A stretch of 46,211 nt of DNA, the filler included, from Catajapyx aquilonaris (lineage: Eukaryota): the NCBI GenBank assembly GCA_000934665.2. It is 2 parts of 2 records of this genome, joined end to end, with 100 filler letters (N's around TTAATTAATTAA, not from the genome) between each part and the next. Parts side by side here need not be neighbours in the genome. Positions count along the whole stretch, not along the records: positions 1 to 23,059 come from KZ539414.1; positions 23,160 to 46,211 come from JYFJ02005763.1. One strand, 5' to 3'. Positions 12,433-23,627 of the stretch are shown here, piece by piece. The notes under the pieces were generated by a model. The model saw only the letters and a list, made by a program, of their open reading frames with translations, did no database searches and was not told where the DNA came from. Numbering within the stretch: the first letter of the stretch is position 1; each line of letters opens with the position of its first letter. Both the position numbers and the translations under genes were made by a program.

Positions 12433-13981
12433 AGGGGGTGAAAATCAAAAACCGACAGCTCCAAAAACCCCCAAAAACCCCCAAAAAATGAGTTAGCGCC
12501 GGCAATGCATTCCTCATGCCATGGAGTACATAATACCTGAATATGGTATTTAAAACCCTACAATAAAGCCGTCAAATTCAGGGGTGAAAAGCGACCTCCG
12601 TAACAAAAACCGCCAGCTCCATCCCCACTCGCAGAAAATCACATATCAAAAACCGCCAGCTCCCACGAAACTAAAGCTGACATGGGAGACAGTACATACT
12701 GCGAAGCTCGTACGGATAACGACGGTGCGAATGAGATGCGCATTTAACAGAACACCTTGCGTAATGTAATGGAACGTTGGTATGTAAGTGTGGAATAAAC
12801 TTAAACATTTACACGCCGGATAAACCTGTGTTTCATGTTTCCCTCACTCAATTTTGCATCAAAAAGCGCCAACTCCAGCCTGTTGCAAATCAAAAACCGG
12901 CCAGTGGCGGAATGGACGGTCCACAGCTTATTGGGTAATGGCGGATGATTTCATAATTTATTTATTTTTATTTATTTAACCCCGTTATGGGGCTGCGCCC
13001 CTTTAGGGGGACAACTCTGCCTGCATATAAGAAAGGCCAGAGGTTATTCACATACATAGGTCCATCCTCTTAAGCACATTTGCAAAGAAATTATATAAAC
13101 TATACATTCGATCTTTCGGTGTTTCGTGTAGAATCCAATGTTGTCTGTCCGGAGGAGAAGAACATAAATTTGAAAGGAAACTTTTTCTAGGAGAGGTGAA
13201 AAACGGGCAAATAAACAATAACTCAATAAGTGATGCATTGTGAACGGTACGAGATCATTGCACCACGTGCAAATGTCCTCTGATGTGAATTGTAATTGTT
13301 TTCCCTCAATTATCAACCTGGGTGAGGCATTGCGGAGATTGGCCATCATTCTCTGAAGTTTAATCGGAGTTGATAACTTTAGGTAACTGGCCGGGGGTGG
13401 ACCTTGCAGGTCGCAGTAATAAGCATACCGGAAAGAATGTGTTAACTTTAATATGTTCAATCTGATGATCTACGAACTTCTGGGGTAGTGCACGGAGCTG
13501 AAGATCCGTTAGTTCATTTGTTTCAAAAGCATTGTCCGACCCTGATAGGAAGGTCAACGTATCAGTTATCCAATTTTGAGTGGAAACCTTTCCCTGCATC
13601 TGCAAAAGAGCCGATCTATACGCTATTTTTGAAAGTATTGTCTCCGGAAGATTTCGCAAACTAATAAGAAATTTTACTTGAAGCCGGCACAATCTTAGAG
13701 CTAACGGCGGGTAGCCCGTCTCCAGGTGAATAAAGTAGGATGCTGTATTTCTAGGCAACTGCAAAAACTTTTGGATAAAAAAATTCTGAATTTGATTTAT
13801 TATATGCACCTGAGACGGGAAGGATGATTTCATAATAACTTACCAATGGTTGAGTTGCTAGTAAAGGAATCTATAGCCGCTACATTCAGGTGTCTACGTT
13901 GACATACGGCGAAACTAGGTTTTTCTCGTTTTTCTCCGTTACGTTTATGACGGAGCTGTCGGTTTTTGATTTTCACCCCCT
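12433..13981. mobile_element. Non-autonomous TIR DNA element hosting a LINE insertion
   Basis: Perfect TIR AGGGGGTGAAAATCAAAAACCGACAGCTCC / GGAGCTGTCGGTTTTTGATTTTCACCCCCT; subterminal repeats of AAAAACCGCCAGCTCC; flanks CATATT / CATATG. Confidence 0.85.
12958..13821 (-). mobile_element. 5'-truncated non-LTR retrotransposon (ORF2 C-terminus, frameshifted)
   Basis: Post-RT motif FIQKFLQLPRNTASYFIHLETGYPPL; CCHC knuckle CTWC-x7-H(H)LLSYC; (TAAA)n tail; exact 15-bp TSD GGATGATTTCATAAT at 12943-12957 and 13822-13836. Confidence 0.88.
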
Positions 13982-14298
13982 CATATGATAGTGGACACTT
14001 TTTCAAATATGACCTTAAAAGGAGGAAATACTAAAATTCCTCGAAGTGTCAGTAAAAGCAAGTCTACAATCATGTAATATTGTTGGCATATAGGCCTACT
14101 ATTAAATCCAATTTTGGTGGGTATTTACACCACTATAGCTTCTTAGTAGCATTTATTAATGCTCTGGTGCAGTCCATTTAGGCAAAAAGATTCATATAAT
14201 GAGCCTGCAGAGCAGGATTTTCTGCCACCACTAGTATGTAAAGTGCAAGGTGTAATCTTTGTCTTTGATTATTATCTGGAAATTGGTTTTTTGGACTT

Positions 14299-15286
14299 AC
14301 AAGGGAACCTCGCGAAGTGCTACACGAACTTCATATTCAATTTATTTTTTCCGAGTTCCTTACCTGCTAGAAAGAAAGTACCCATCCGGAGAAATCATCA
14401 ATCTCAAGCGTTTTTTCAATATGGGGGTCAAAAGGTCAAAAATGGGGTTTATGAAAGACCCTGAGGAACCTATCATTAAATTGCTATTGGTGATATTTTT
14501 GGTACTTAGCAGTTTCTTGGGCTGGGGAATATAATGACAAACCCGGAATTTGTGAATTATGCAAGTTAAGGGTACTTCGCAGGGGGAGGGATGGAGGGGG
14601 GGGAGGCAAAAATTTAATTTAAAAATGGTATTTCCAACGGGTGGTTGGGTGTGTGTACGTATGGAAGAATCAGGGAATAGGTCCGAATAAGGGCCAGTAA
14701 CAATGTGTTTCGGAGATGTCGACCTTTTACATCGACGATGTCCATCCTTATTGCAATTGTGGATACCCCCATGCATGTCTGCATTGCTGATTGCCAGAGT
14801 CAGGTGGTTGAGGTACGGTCTCGGGGTGCGAGCCACTGGCTCCTGCAAATCTGAAATCACCAATGCAAACATGCACGGGAGTATCCACACTTGCAAGGAT
14901 GGACAATGGACATCGTCGATGTCAAAGGTCAACTTCTCCAAAACACATCGTCACTGGCCCTTCAGACCCATTCTTGGATTCTTCCAATACGCCCACCCTC
15001 CCAGCCCTCCCACTGAGAAGTACCCTTAACTTGCATCATTCACCATTTCTAGCTTTGCCATTATATTCCCCAGCACAAGAAACTGCTAAGTACCAAAAAC
15101 ACTAATGATAGTTTCCTCAGGGCCTTTCAGAAAGTGTTCTATTTTTGAACTTTTGACCTCCGTGTCTCAAATACCCTCGAGATCGAGCATTTCTCCGGAA
15201 GGGTACTTCCTTTGTAGCAAGTATGGAACCTGAAAAAAAAATATTTGAATATGAAGTTCGCATAGCACTTCGCGAGGTTCCCTTGT
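14299..15286. mobile_element. About 1-kb foldback element with very long imperfect arms
   Basis: ACAAGGGAACCTCGCGAAGTGCTA / TAGCACTTCGCGAGGTTCCCTTGT; inverted similarity continues to about 14786/14861. Confidence 0.85.
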
Positions 15287-15578
15287 TAGTGGATTTCTCC
15301 TTATGCCCATGATAATTATGTTAGCGTTACTTTCTCTAACACAACTCAATTCCAAGTCACTGTGACATATTTTCCTGAAACAAAAGTTCAGCAGCACATC
15401 TTAATTACTCTTAAAACTGTCATTCATGTGCATCTATAAGGAAAAACCAGTTAGCATGAAAATGCATCCTGTGACTGAGGGATGTTCGCTTTACAAACTG
15501 ATAATCTAACAGGAAATGGTACTTTCTTCCTATATTACTGTATATGGACGATGATATATAATTATTTAAGGTAAAGTA

Positions 15579-15884
15579 CAGTGCTGGACATTGATTCCGT
15601 TGTACTGCTAGTGACATTTTCCAAGGTGGCAGAAGAGCACATCGAAATGATGGAGTGCTAGCTGTGCGAGTAAGAATAATGGTACATCCTGGGTGACAGG
15701 ATCACAATCGAAAGGCTAGCGCCCAAATATATCTGCTGTACCAGTTACATAATTTATAGCAGATATCTTTGCTTGCCCCGAGCCAGTGACGTCACCTAGG
15801 GCCTACCATTTCATACTCGCAAGAGTTCCTCTGCCACCTCGGAAAATGCAGCTAGCAGTACGACAAAATTAATGTCCAACACTA
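15579..15884. mobile_element. Tc1/mariner-type MITE (CAGTGCTGGACATT termini)
   Basis: Imperfect arms of about 60 bp; same terminus as 44868-45031 and a lone end at 23311-23322. Confidence 0.7.
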
Positions 15885-17608
15885 CTATTGTGTTATATGT
15901 CAAGTGATAGAGTGGCATTTAAGTTAGCAGCATTTTACTGTGAGTCCTACTGTGTCCTTCTTTAAGAAGCAGTTGCCAATATAATACTACACCATGCAAA
16001 AAGTATTGCCAGGAACATACTGTATAACTGTTATAGGCTCCTGGCATTGCACAATCATTGATTTTATTGAATGCCATTTTTTAAAGAATGAATGCATATA
16101 TTTAAAAATCGGGCTAGATCTGCCATTGTTATCAAAATGATTATTCAAATTATTGCATATTCCATCTAAATACTGTCATACGTTAGTGTAAGTAAATAGT
16201 AAATTCACTATATTTGGCCCCTGTTCCTCAGTTGACTTTCACTATTTTGCATTTCTTGCTTTCATTTTATTCATTCATAACATTCATTATGCAACTTTTC
16301 CACTAAAATTCTTTGTGCCCTCAGGAACGTCAACAGGCTACAGATTACCTAATGTGCCAGCATTCTTTCTAAGGCTCTCTAATGTAACATTCACCTGCTC
16401 GTCACATGCAATCTCAATTTTCACGCAAAATCCAAAATGGTTGGAAGTTAATAATATATTATAGGACATGTTCGGTTAATTTGATTCTTAATTATGTTAC
16501 TGTCTGCCAAAAGTAAGCACAAATTGGAGGCATCAAATTATCTGCAGGCCTAAATAAAATTTCCCCTAAAATCAACATGTGGTCATGGAACATAGTTATA
16601 GTGAATCCTGGACACACACTATGTCATAGAAGCATGTTTCACACATGGCACCAGCTTTTTAAAGTCTGTGTTGAACGCTCGCCACCAAGCCTATTCCCTT
16701 CGTTTTTGCCTGACAAATTTTTCTGCAGGTTGAAAATCGTTTGAAGTTGACTCACAGTCAGTGACAGGTCTGGACCAAGGTCGTAGTTCTGAAAGACGTA
16801 TCACATGAACTCTTCCAGGCTTTGCTCATTAACAGCTTCAGGACTGACAGTGAGATATAAATGCAGACATATTGTCATGTGTCCTTTTGGAAAAGGTCAA
16901 GTGTAACTACTACGATCATCCTTCAAGCAGTCCAGACTGTGGTCCAGACATTTACCTGACAACACCAGTAAGCAACTTTCACGTCTTTCACTACCCCCAG
17001 AAAGATCCCTTCCTCTAACGTTCTTTCCTTGGACTGCACACTTTTTAGTGGAAGTTGTTCCTAATAATGTCAGATGAAAAAGTGAAACTCAGTCATGTCT
17101 TGTCTATTCCAGTATCCCAGAAACCCTCATTGGAAATTTGCAATTTTTAAAGTTTTACAATTTAAAACTGACACATGGGACGTCAGGAATTTAGGATTTC
17201 TCTTTTAATTTTCATGGTGATATGGTGGATCATGATTAATTTTGAGAGTTGCCAATTGTTCAAGAAAACTTGAATTAATGATATCATAATATTATACTAT
17301 CCTAAGTAATGGTATCTTATTGTACAGTACCTACTGACGTACGTGTATTACTATATTTCAAAGGGCCCTATCCTGTGTAACCAGTGTTACTTTTAATGAG
17401 CAACTTGAAGCTCTAAAAATCGAACGTTATTTTACATTAATGTTAGAAAAAATTTGATGAAAATTATAAGGTGTTGGGTTTCTCCAGTGGTAATTTTGAA
17501 TATGAAAAAATGCAAAATTGCAAATTTCAGATATGGATTTCTTCAATATCTGGATAAACGACAAAACTGAATTAACCTGTAAGAGGATTTGAGGCATAAA
17601 AAACTAAC

Positions 17609-17866
17609 CTGGTCATCGCAAACCATGTACATAACCGGGTAGACAATGCTTCGAGAATGTTCTCCAAGGAATTTGAGTATGTGCGGAGTATCTGTCTCGT
17701 ATGGAAGCCCACTCAGCCTGAGGAACACTTTCTGCGATTCACTATAGCTGAACTGCTGAAAAAGCAGCGAAAACTGCTCATACTCAATGGCTGTACCAGG
17801 AGGGGGAGGAAATGGAAGAAGGTAGCTAGGCTGGTGACCTGCAGCTGATGACTGGGCTGCCAGAGC
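17609..17866 (-). CDS. ESRP/fusilli-like gene, exon (Pro-rich linker plus first half of RRM3)
   Basis: ttttttgcAG...CAG/GTTAGT, 258 nt, phase 0-0; FLRLSGLPYETDTPHILKFLGEHSRSIVYPVMYMV resembles IRLRGLPYEA.VEHIL.FL...IIYQGVHMV. Confidence 0.85.
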
Positions 17867-17970
17867 CTGCAAAAAATAATGTTTGCAGCATTCCAACATC
17901 ATAGTGTGACAGAAAATTGATTGATACATTGTGCAAAATGAAGACCCTGGGTTGGCAAAAAAAAAGATAT

Positions 17971-18170
17971 AAGGTGAAGTGGGGTAAGTGCATACACGGG
18001 GCCGCCATATTGGAATGAAAATGGCTGACGACACCAAAACGCGCCAGGCACTCTTTTGTGTAGCTGCACATAACATCCCCCGCGTTTTGGTGTCGTCAGC
18101 CATTTTCATTCCAATATGGCGGCCCCGTGTATGCACTTACCCCGTGTGTGCACTTACCCCACTTCACGTT
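17971..18170. mobile_element. Palindromic MITE with a perfect 63-bp stem
   Basis: 17981-18043 is the exact reverse complement of 18081-18143; a 17-bp duplication follows in the right arm. Confidence 0.9.
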
Positions 18171-18335
18171 AGTCTAATTTCAGCAAGTTATGCAGCCTGC
18201 TTTCTTACTCAAGGCCCTCACCTCACAGCCAATTCTAGGCTTTCTTGGACGACTGTCTTGTATCATGGTCTCATTTTAATGTTTTAATCATGCATTGTAA
18301 TGTTACGATTCAAGTAAAATTTCATGTTGACTTAC

Positions 18336-18719
18336 CTCGGAGTACCTGAGGTAGTAGTAATAATATTGGTAGTACTTGTAGTTGTGGTAAGCATTAACAA
18401 CAGCTTCAGAGGCTGCCAGGGAAGCTCCAGGCAGCCCTCCTCCGGGAGGCCCATGGTTATTCATCGTAGCAGATGTCCTTGAGTTTGCAACGGTTTTGAG
18501 AGCCCACTCCATGCTTGATGCTGAGCTTTTGAAAACCTCGATGTACCGGGTTCCCATCTCACCGAAGTTCTTCCATAGGGAAGCTTTTGCTTCTTCCACA
18601 GTTGCAAACAGAACATATGCAATGCCAGTGGCACTGCCATCAAGGTTCTTAAATAAATATACTCCTGCCTCTCCCTCCATCACCTCAATTGAGGGTTCAT
18701 TGTTCTTGAAGAAGTCAAG
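18336..18719 (-). CDS. ESRP/fusilli-like gene, exon (RRM2 remainder plus Gly/Pro- and Tyr-rich segment)
   Basis: ttattccAG...GAG/GTAAGT, 384 nt, phase 0-0; LDFF...EGEAGVYLFKNLDGSATGIAYVLF...MGTRYIEVFKSS matches the ESRP RRM2 pattern. Confidence 0.9.
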
Positions 18720-18959
18720 CTGGAATAAATATACAAGAAGTTACAACACAAGAACTTGCAATAACAGAAATGATTAATCAAGGATTTCCATATCAGATAT
18801 CAAATTCATCAAAGTACTTGTATAAATCATAGTGGGTTATATAGCATAGCACTTGAAGCTGCGATTATCATGCCATTTTAATGGAAGAATTATAAGTTAT
18901 TTTAATGGTTTTTGATGAACCTATCCTCAACCATCAGGGTGTGTACAAATTAATGGGAT

Positions 18960-19930
18960 ATAGGGAACACTAAGTCAATAGATCTGCGAGGGCGGTACCA
19001 AAATGATTTACAATTTGTTTTTTTCCACCACGCCCATGCAGGTCGAACAATAGGCACACATTATAGATAGATATAATATTATATATTATATATTATAGAT
19101 AGAATCCTCCTGGAGACGAATTAATTGGTACTGGCACTGGTCAACCTCTCCAGGCCCTCCAGGAACCACTTTTTGATGGTGCGACGAACCGACTCCCGGA
19201 CAACTCTTCACAGGCAACAATGTCCTCTAAATGGCATCGGCGAAGGGACTTTTTAAATAGTCTATATTCGAACAGATGAAAGTCACTGGAGGTCGGGGGC
19301 ATGGTGGTCTAGTGGCTATTCCACTGGCCAGCCAAGCGGGAGGTACGGGGTTCAAATCCCGTCCGCGTCATGCAGTCACCTTCGCTTGGTCGGGTCTTTT
19401 TCTGCTTTTCACCCGACATGTCCGGGCAGAATTGCACGCCCTTCTCTCCCCATGGCCAAGAGAAAAGCTCTTGTATATTTAAGAGGGTCAGAAATGACTA
19501 CTTAATAACGCCCTCCCTTGGGAACCCCATCCCCCCTAAGAGGGCCCCTGGCCCTGTCACGGGGTATTACAAACAAACAAAGTCACTGGAGGCCAGGCCA
19601 GGGGAGTACGGTGGGTGTGGAAGCACTCAAAACAAGATCCATGAAAAATCCCTTCGCCAATGCCATTTATTTAAGGACATTGTTGATAACTGACTGAGCA
19701 GTTATTGTCCGGTAGTAGGTGTGTCGCACCTCCAAAAAGTGGTTCCTGGGGGGCCCGGAGAGGTTGCCACACCCATGACTCCTGTGTATTCGGCTCCGGG
19801 AGGGTTCTGTCGATAGTGTGTGCCTATTTGCCGACCTCATGGTACCTGTATTTTCGGCAAAAAAATAAATTGTAAATCATTTTGGTACGGCCGGCCCTCG
19901 TATGTCTCCTGACATATACTTTGTCCCTAG
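18960..19930. mobile_element. Foldback DNA element (mariner-like CAGGGTG end at 18935) with a nested SINE
   Basis: Inverted arm pairs include GTACCAAAATGATTTACAATTT / AAATTGTAAATCATTTTGGTAC and CCAGGAACCACTTTTTG / CAAAAAGTGGTTCCTGG (one-base offset). Confidence 0.7.
19293..19578 (+). mobile_element. tRNA-derived SINE, family D copy 1
   Basis: A box TGGTCTAGTGG, B box GGTTCAAATCC, (CAAA)n tail; exact 14-bp TSD AAAGTCACTGGAGG at 19279-19292 and 19579-19592. Confidence 0.9.
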
Positions 19931-20237
19931 AGAATGCAGTTTGAAGGCACTGCATTTGGCCAGAGATGTGAAACAGGAACAGAGATTGGACCTTTGTTTG
20001 CAATATATGGGTATTCGGACACAGCACATGTAACTTGGACTGTTTTATGACTTCTGAGGTGGCACTGACTCAGAGAAAGACCTGGTCACAAGAATATTAC
20101 TGTTATCACTGCAACTATGTTTTGGAGTAACACTTTGATGTAGGGACGTGCATTAGGCAGTTGTTAACGTACTAAAGTGACAGCTAAAGTCAAGATATCT
20201 CATCACTACATCAGTCATAGTCATCAGCATCACTTAC

Positions 20238-20315
20238 CACGTGTCTGACCGTGCAATTGTATGGGAGTCCTCTGAGCCGCACAACAGATGTATTCCTGGC
20301 TTTCTCCAAAAATGC
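20238..20315 (-). CDS. ESRP/fusilli-like gene, exon (start of RRM2)
   Basis: AFLEKARNTSVVRLRGLPYNCTVRHV then GTAAGT donor; the acceptor AAG is the first AG after a >100-nt AG-free zone; 78 nt, phase 0-0. Confidence 0.82.
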
Positions 20316-20854
20316 CTTCCCCAAAGTAGTAGAAGTAGCAGCAGTGCATGAAGTGGTGGTGAAATGAAAAGATTATAGAGATATCAGTTAAGCACATTCA
20401 ATTACAGTAACAATTACAGTATACCACACAAACCCTTGCCCATCAACAGTTTTACCTAGATATTTATTTGTTAAAATTACACCATGCTGCATTTCACTTT
20501 TCTCATAATAAACATAACAAGCCAACAACGCACCATGATATTTTCTTACGAATGAGTTAGACAGAAACAAACCAAGAGGCACAAATAAACTGACAAATTA
20601 TACAAATAGTGTCTACACTGACTTATTGTGAGTAACATACTAACATAAGCATACAAGAGAAAGCCACAAAGTCCAAAATACCAGTGTCAAGATCATCCAA
20701 AGGAAAGATTTGATGTTGCACTTGTTGACATGCTGGTGAACACAGAAAATCCTGGCTTGCTGGGCTCCTCATGCATCATTAGAACTAAATGGACTTCATC
20801 GGGGGGTAGAGCAGAAAAATGCGCCACTTAGTGGTGTAACTATCTCAAACGTAC

Positions 20855-20917
20855 CAAAGCTGAACTTTGTGGATTTCTCCTGTATACGGTACTAACGATA
20901 TGTGAAGGGCTGCCCAT
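20855..20917 (-). CDS. Candidate first coding exon of the ESRP-like gene
   Basis: ACAATGG start context, MGSPSHIVSTVYRRNPQSSAL, phase-0 GTACGT donor. Supported by splice signals only. Confidence 0.35.
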
Positions 20918-20978
20918 TGTCACTCTACTTAAAATATTTCAACAATAACCAATGTACCCAATTTTCCATAATGTTATA

Positions 20979-21153
20979 CAGTTGACTCCGGATATAAGAG
21001 CCTTTGCTCTAAGCAACCCTCAGTCATAACCAACTTGAAAGGCTGCTCCCAGAATACTTACATGATGGCCTGTGTATTTGGATATAGGAAACCTCAGTTA
21101 TAGGACACTGATTTCCGTGGTCCCTTGAAGTCTCTTATATCTGGAATCGACTG
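20979..21153. mobile_element. Tc1/pogo-type MITE
   Basis: TA-CAGTTGACTCCGGATATAAGAG / CTCTTATATCTGGAATCGACTG-TA. Confidence 0.8.
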
Positions 21154-22262
21154 TACTGTACTTGTCCTCAGACCTTATAGTTTTTTTGGCCATAATAATA
21201 ATTGCAATAATATTCTCATCGTTGTTGTGCCTCAATATACCAGTGCAGTGGAGTCGTCCATAAATGATATCAACTGGAAAAGTGGAGGATGGAAATCTTC
21301 AAATGTGCAGGAGTATTAGTGTATATCGAGGGAAGGTACAGAATTCACAGTTGTCTACAAATACTTCAAATCATTTTCATCTTATAGACATTCATCCAAA
21401 GAAATTTTTGTCCAATATATAGGCCTACGTATTATTCATCTAGTTCCAGGTCCAGCAGTGAGAGTAGAATATATCTGGGAGTTTATTGTTACTGTTGTTG
21501 TTGACAAGAATCGGTGAGAAGAATTACTCTGGAGATAACTCCTTCATCCATTGTGTATGCTCAATTTATTGTCAGTGATGCAAATGGGTCTTTGGCTTCT
21601 GAACAATATTACTTTTTATGTCAGTGTTGATTTACTGTAGATGAGATGATTGTACAGTATTTGAATGAATTTTTTGGACGAAGACGTACCTTCCTCTGGT
21701 CTACCGTCCACATCTTTATGCTCGCAACTGTACATTAGGCATGTCATGCAAAATGTCTGAGAAAATTTACTAGGGGATAATTATGATGCCTTATGGTATG
21801 CGAAGTAATCCACATGAGAGACGATGATGAAAATGTCTGCTGCCGGCTACCCAGGTACAGTCCCGCTCATAAAGAATGGTACGACTCTATGTACGAAATG
21901 TTTATCCTGACTATCGAGCATGATTCCCAACTTGATTTCTTCGTGACCCTGTATGTACAAACTTGTCCTGGACCTCTGGCTACCAGTATGACTCCATCCC
22001 GATTTTTAATGAAAAATTCCATTGCCAAATTGTTCAACCTGGTATAATGCTTAAGTAGATTTGAGATGAATTTCCACCCTAAAATTTTCTTACTTCACCT
22101 TGTTTTTTTTTCTTCTCTTTTTTTGATATTAATTCAATTTACCCGGCCTTCCTCGTGACACTTAAAAACATGCTGGCGACCCAGGGGTTAGGAACAGAAT
22201 AAATATCTTGTCCATATAGTCGTACCATTCTTTATGAGAGGTATACTGTACATTGTACACAA

Positions 22263-22492
22263 CCGAAGCAGGTTGGCATAGTGGATAAGGCGTCCGACTG
22301 CGAATCGGGAGGTCCTGGGTTCGAATCCCGGGGCCGGCAACCTTGACCGTGGTTTCCTGTGGTTTTCCACGGTCTTTCTAGGATAATTCCGGGGTCGCTT
22401 CCGTATAATAGGCCACAGCCGCTTCCTTCCTTCCCTATCCTTGGAGGTTGAATGGCAAATGCTGGGCCAACCTCCTTAAATATCAATTAAAG
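22263..22492 (+). mobile_element. tRNA-derived SINE, family C (tail type 2)
   Basis: A box TGGCATAGTGG, B box GGTTCGAATCC; exact 16-bp TSD TGTACATTGTACACAA at 22247-22262 and 22493-22508. Confidence 0.9.
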
Positions 22493-23059
22493 TGTACATT
22501 GTACACAAGAGTACGTACACATTGAAGAAAAACGGTGCTGCCAAGCACATAACCATAAAGAGTGTCAGCAAGTGCAATGATGTAAAAAATAAATAACTGC
22601 AACACCTTGCATTTGCAACTTTTTCCCAGTGTTTTCTTCTTCTTCAAGTTATACAACATTCGTGATATCGTCATGCTTGACTTTGTAAGAAATTGAATTC
22701 TCACTTTATTACCCGTTAAAATTTCAGCCCTTAACTTAAATTTAAATTTTCCAATCTGTACAGAGACTTTCTAAACATTCAACATAGGCCTACTGTATAA
22801 CTGCATCAGCAGAGGCTCATGTGATCAAGTACCCAAAGTACACTCTTAGTCCGGTCACCTTTAATATCCCCTTTAGAGTTGTTTTAAAGGTGATCCGTAA
22901 TGCGGCAGTAGGGAATTATAGGTGATTCGTTGAATAAAGGTGACAGGAGGAAGTAATTTCCCCATCAATAAAGGTGACGTCAATGTATAGGGGACAATGA
23001 CAGGAGGATTTTAAGGTGACACAGGTTTAGAGGTGACGTGCTGAGATGGGAGCTGCCGT

Positions 23060-23159
23060 NNNNNNNNNNNNNNNNNNNNNNNNNNNNNNNNNNNNNNNNN
23101 NNNTTAATTAATTAANNNNNNNNNNNNNNNNNNNNNNNNNNNNNNNNNNNNNNNNNNNN
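23060..23159. other. Artificial 100-nt scaffold spacer (N44-TTAATTAATTAA-N44)
   Basis: The central 12-mer places stop codons in all six frames; symmetric N runs total 100 nt with the linker. Confidence 0.9.
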
Positions 23160-23627
23160 TCAGGATGCATGGAGTTACTGAATGATCGGGAAGGAGTCCC
23201 CAGTGGCAACGACAGAAAGAACGCTAAGCACTCTCCACATGACGATGTCCGAACACAACCAGTTGCCAGGTAACGCCAAAGTCGTTGTTTACACTTGTTA
23301 TATGCTATTGTGTCCAGCACTGTACTAACAAGTTATCTATTTCAGTAAATTTGATGATTTTTTAGAGGGTGGGTGATTTTTTTAGAGGGTGTGTTCATTG
23401 GTCAAAAATGTTTGTTTTGGGGTCCCCTACCCACCTTTAAAATTTATGCATTGGGTCTTGTTACACCCTGTATACTACATGCACTTATACCACTGACTTC
23501 CAGAAACAGAATAAGTGTCAATTATACTGTTTACATTTACATGCAGGCCTAATAGAAAAATTCACATTCAAAATTCTCATACAAGACCAAGTAGGCTAAG
23601 ATTTAATCACATGTACATGGTACAGTT

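Noticed and set aside
14159..15397. Overlapping mirror-image ORFs (also at 17988-18287, 43853-44595 and 44709-45082)
   Set aside because: They are products of palindromic MITEs and show no recognisable protein domain.
20840..20925. RRNPQSSALVRL as a relic of ESRP RRM1 (GRRNGEALVRF)
   Set aside because: Only a few matching residues followed by a stop. Kept only as a low-confidence first exon.
21640..22050. Possible mariner transposase remnant (DVPSSGLPSTS resembling DxPRSGRPST; ACCCTGTA end)
   Set aside because: Too degraded to define boundaries or a reading frame by eye.
22265..22335. tRNA-like sequences (also at 4525, 9650, 19295, 28310 and 40650)
   Set aside because: No closed acceptor stem or oligo-T terminator; each runs into a repeated body flanked by a TSD, so they are SINE heads rather than tRNA genes.
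23104..23115. TTAATTAATTAA palindrome
   Set aside because: It is a six-frame-stop linker inside a 100-nt N spacer, so an assembly artefact.
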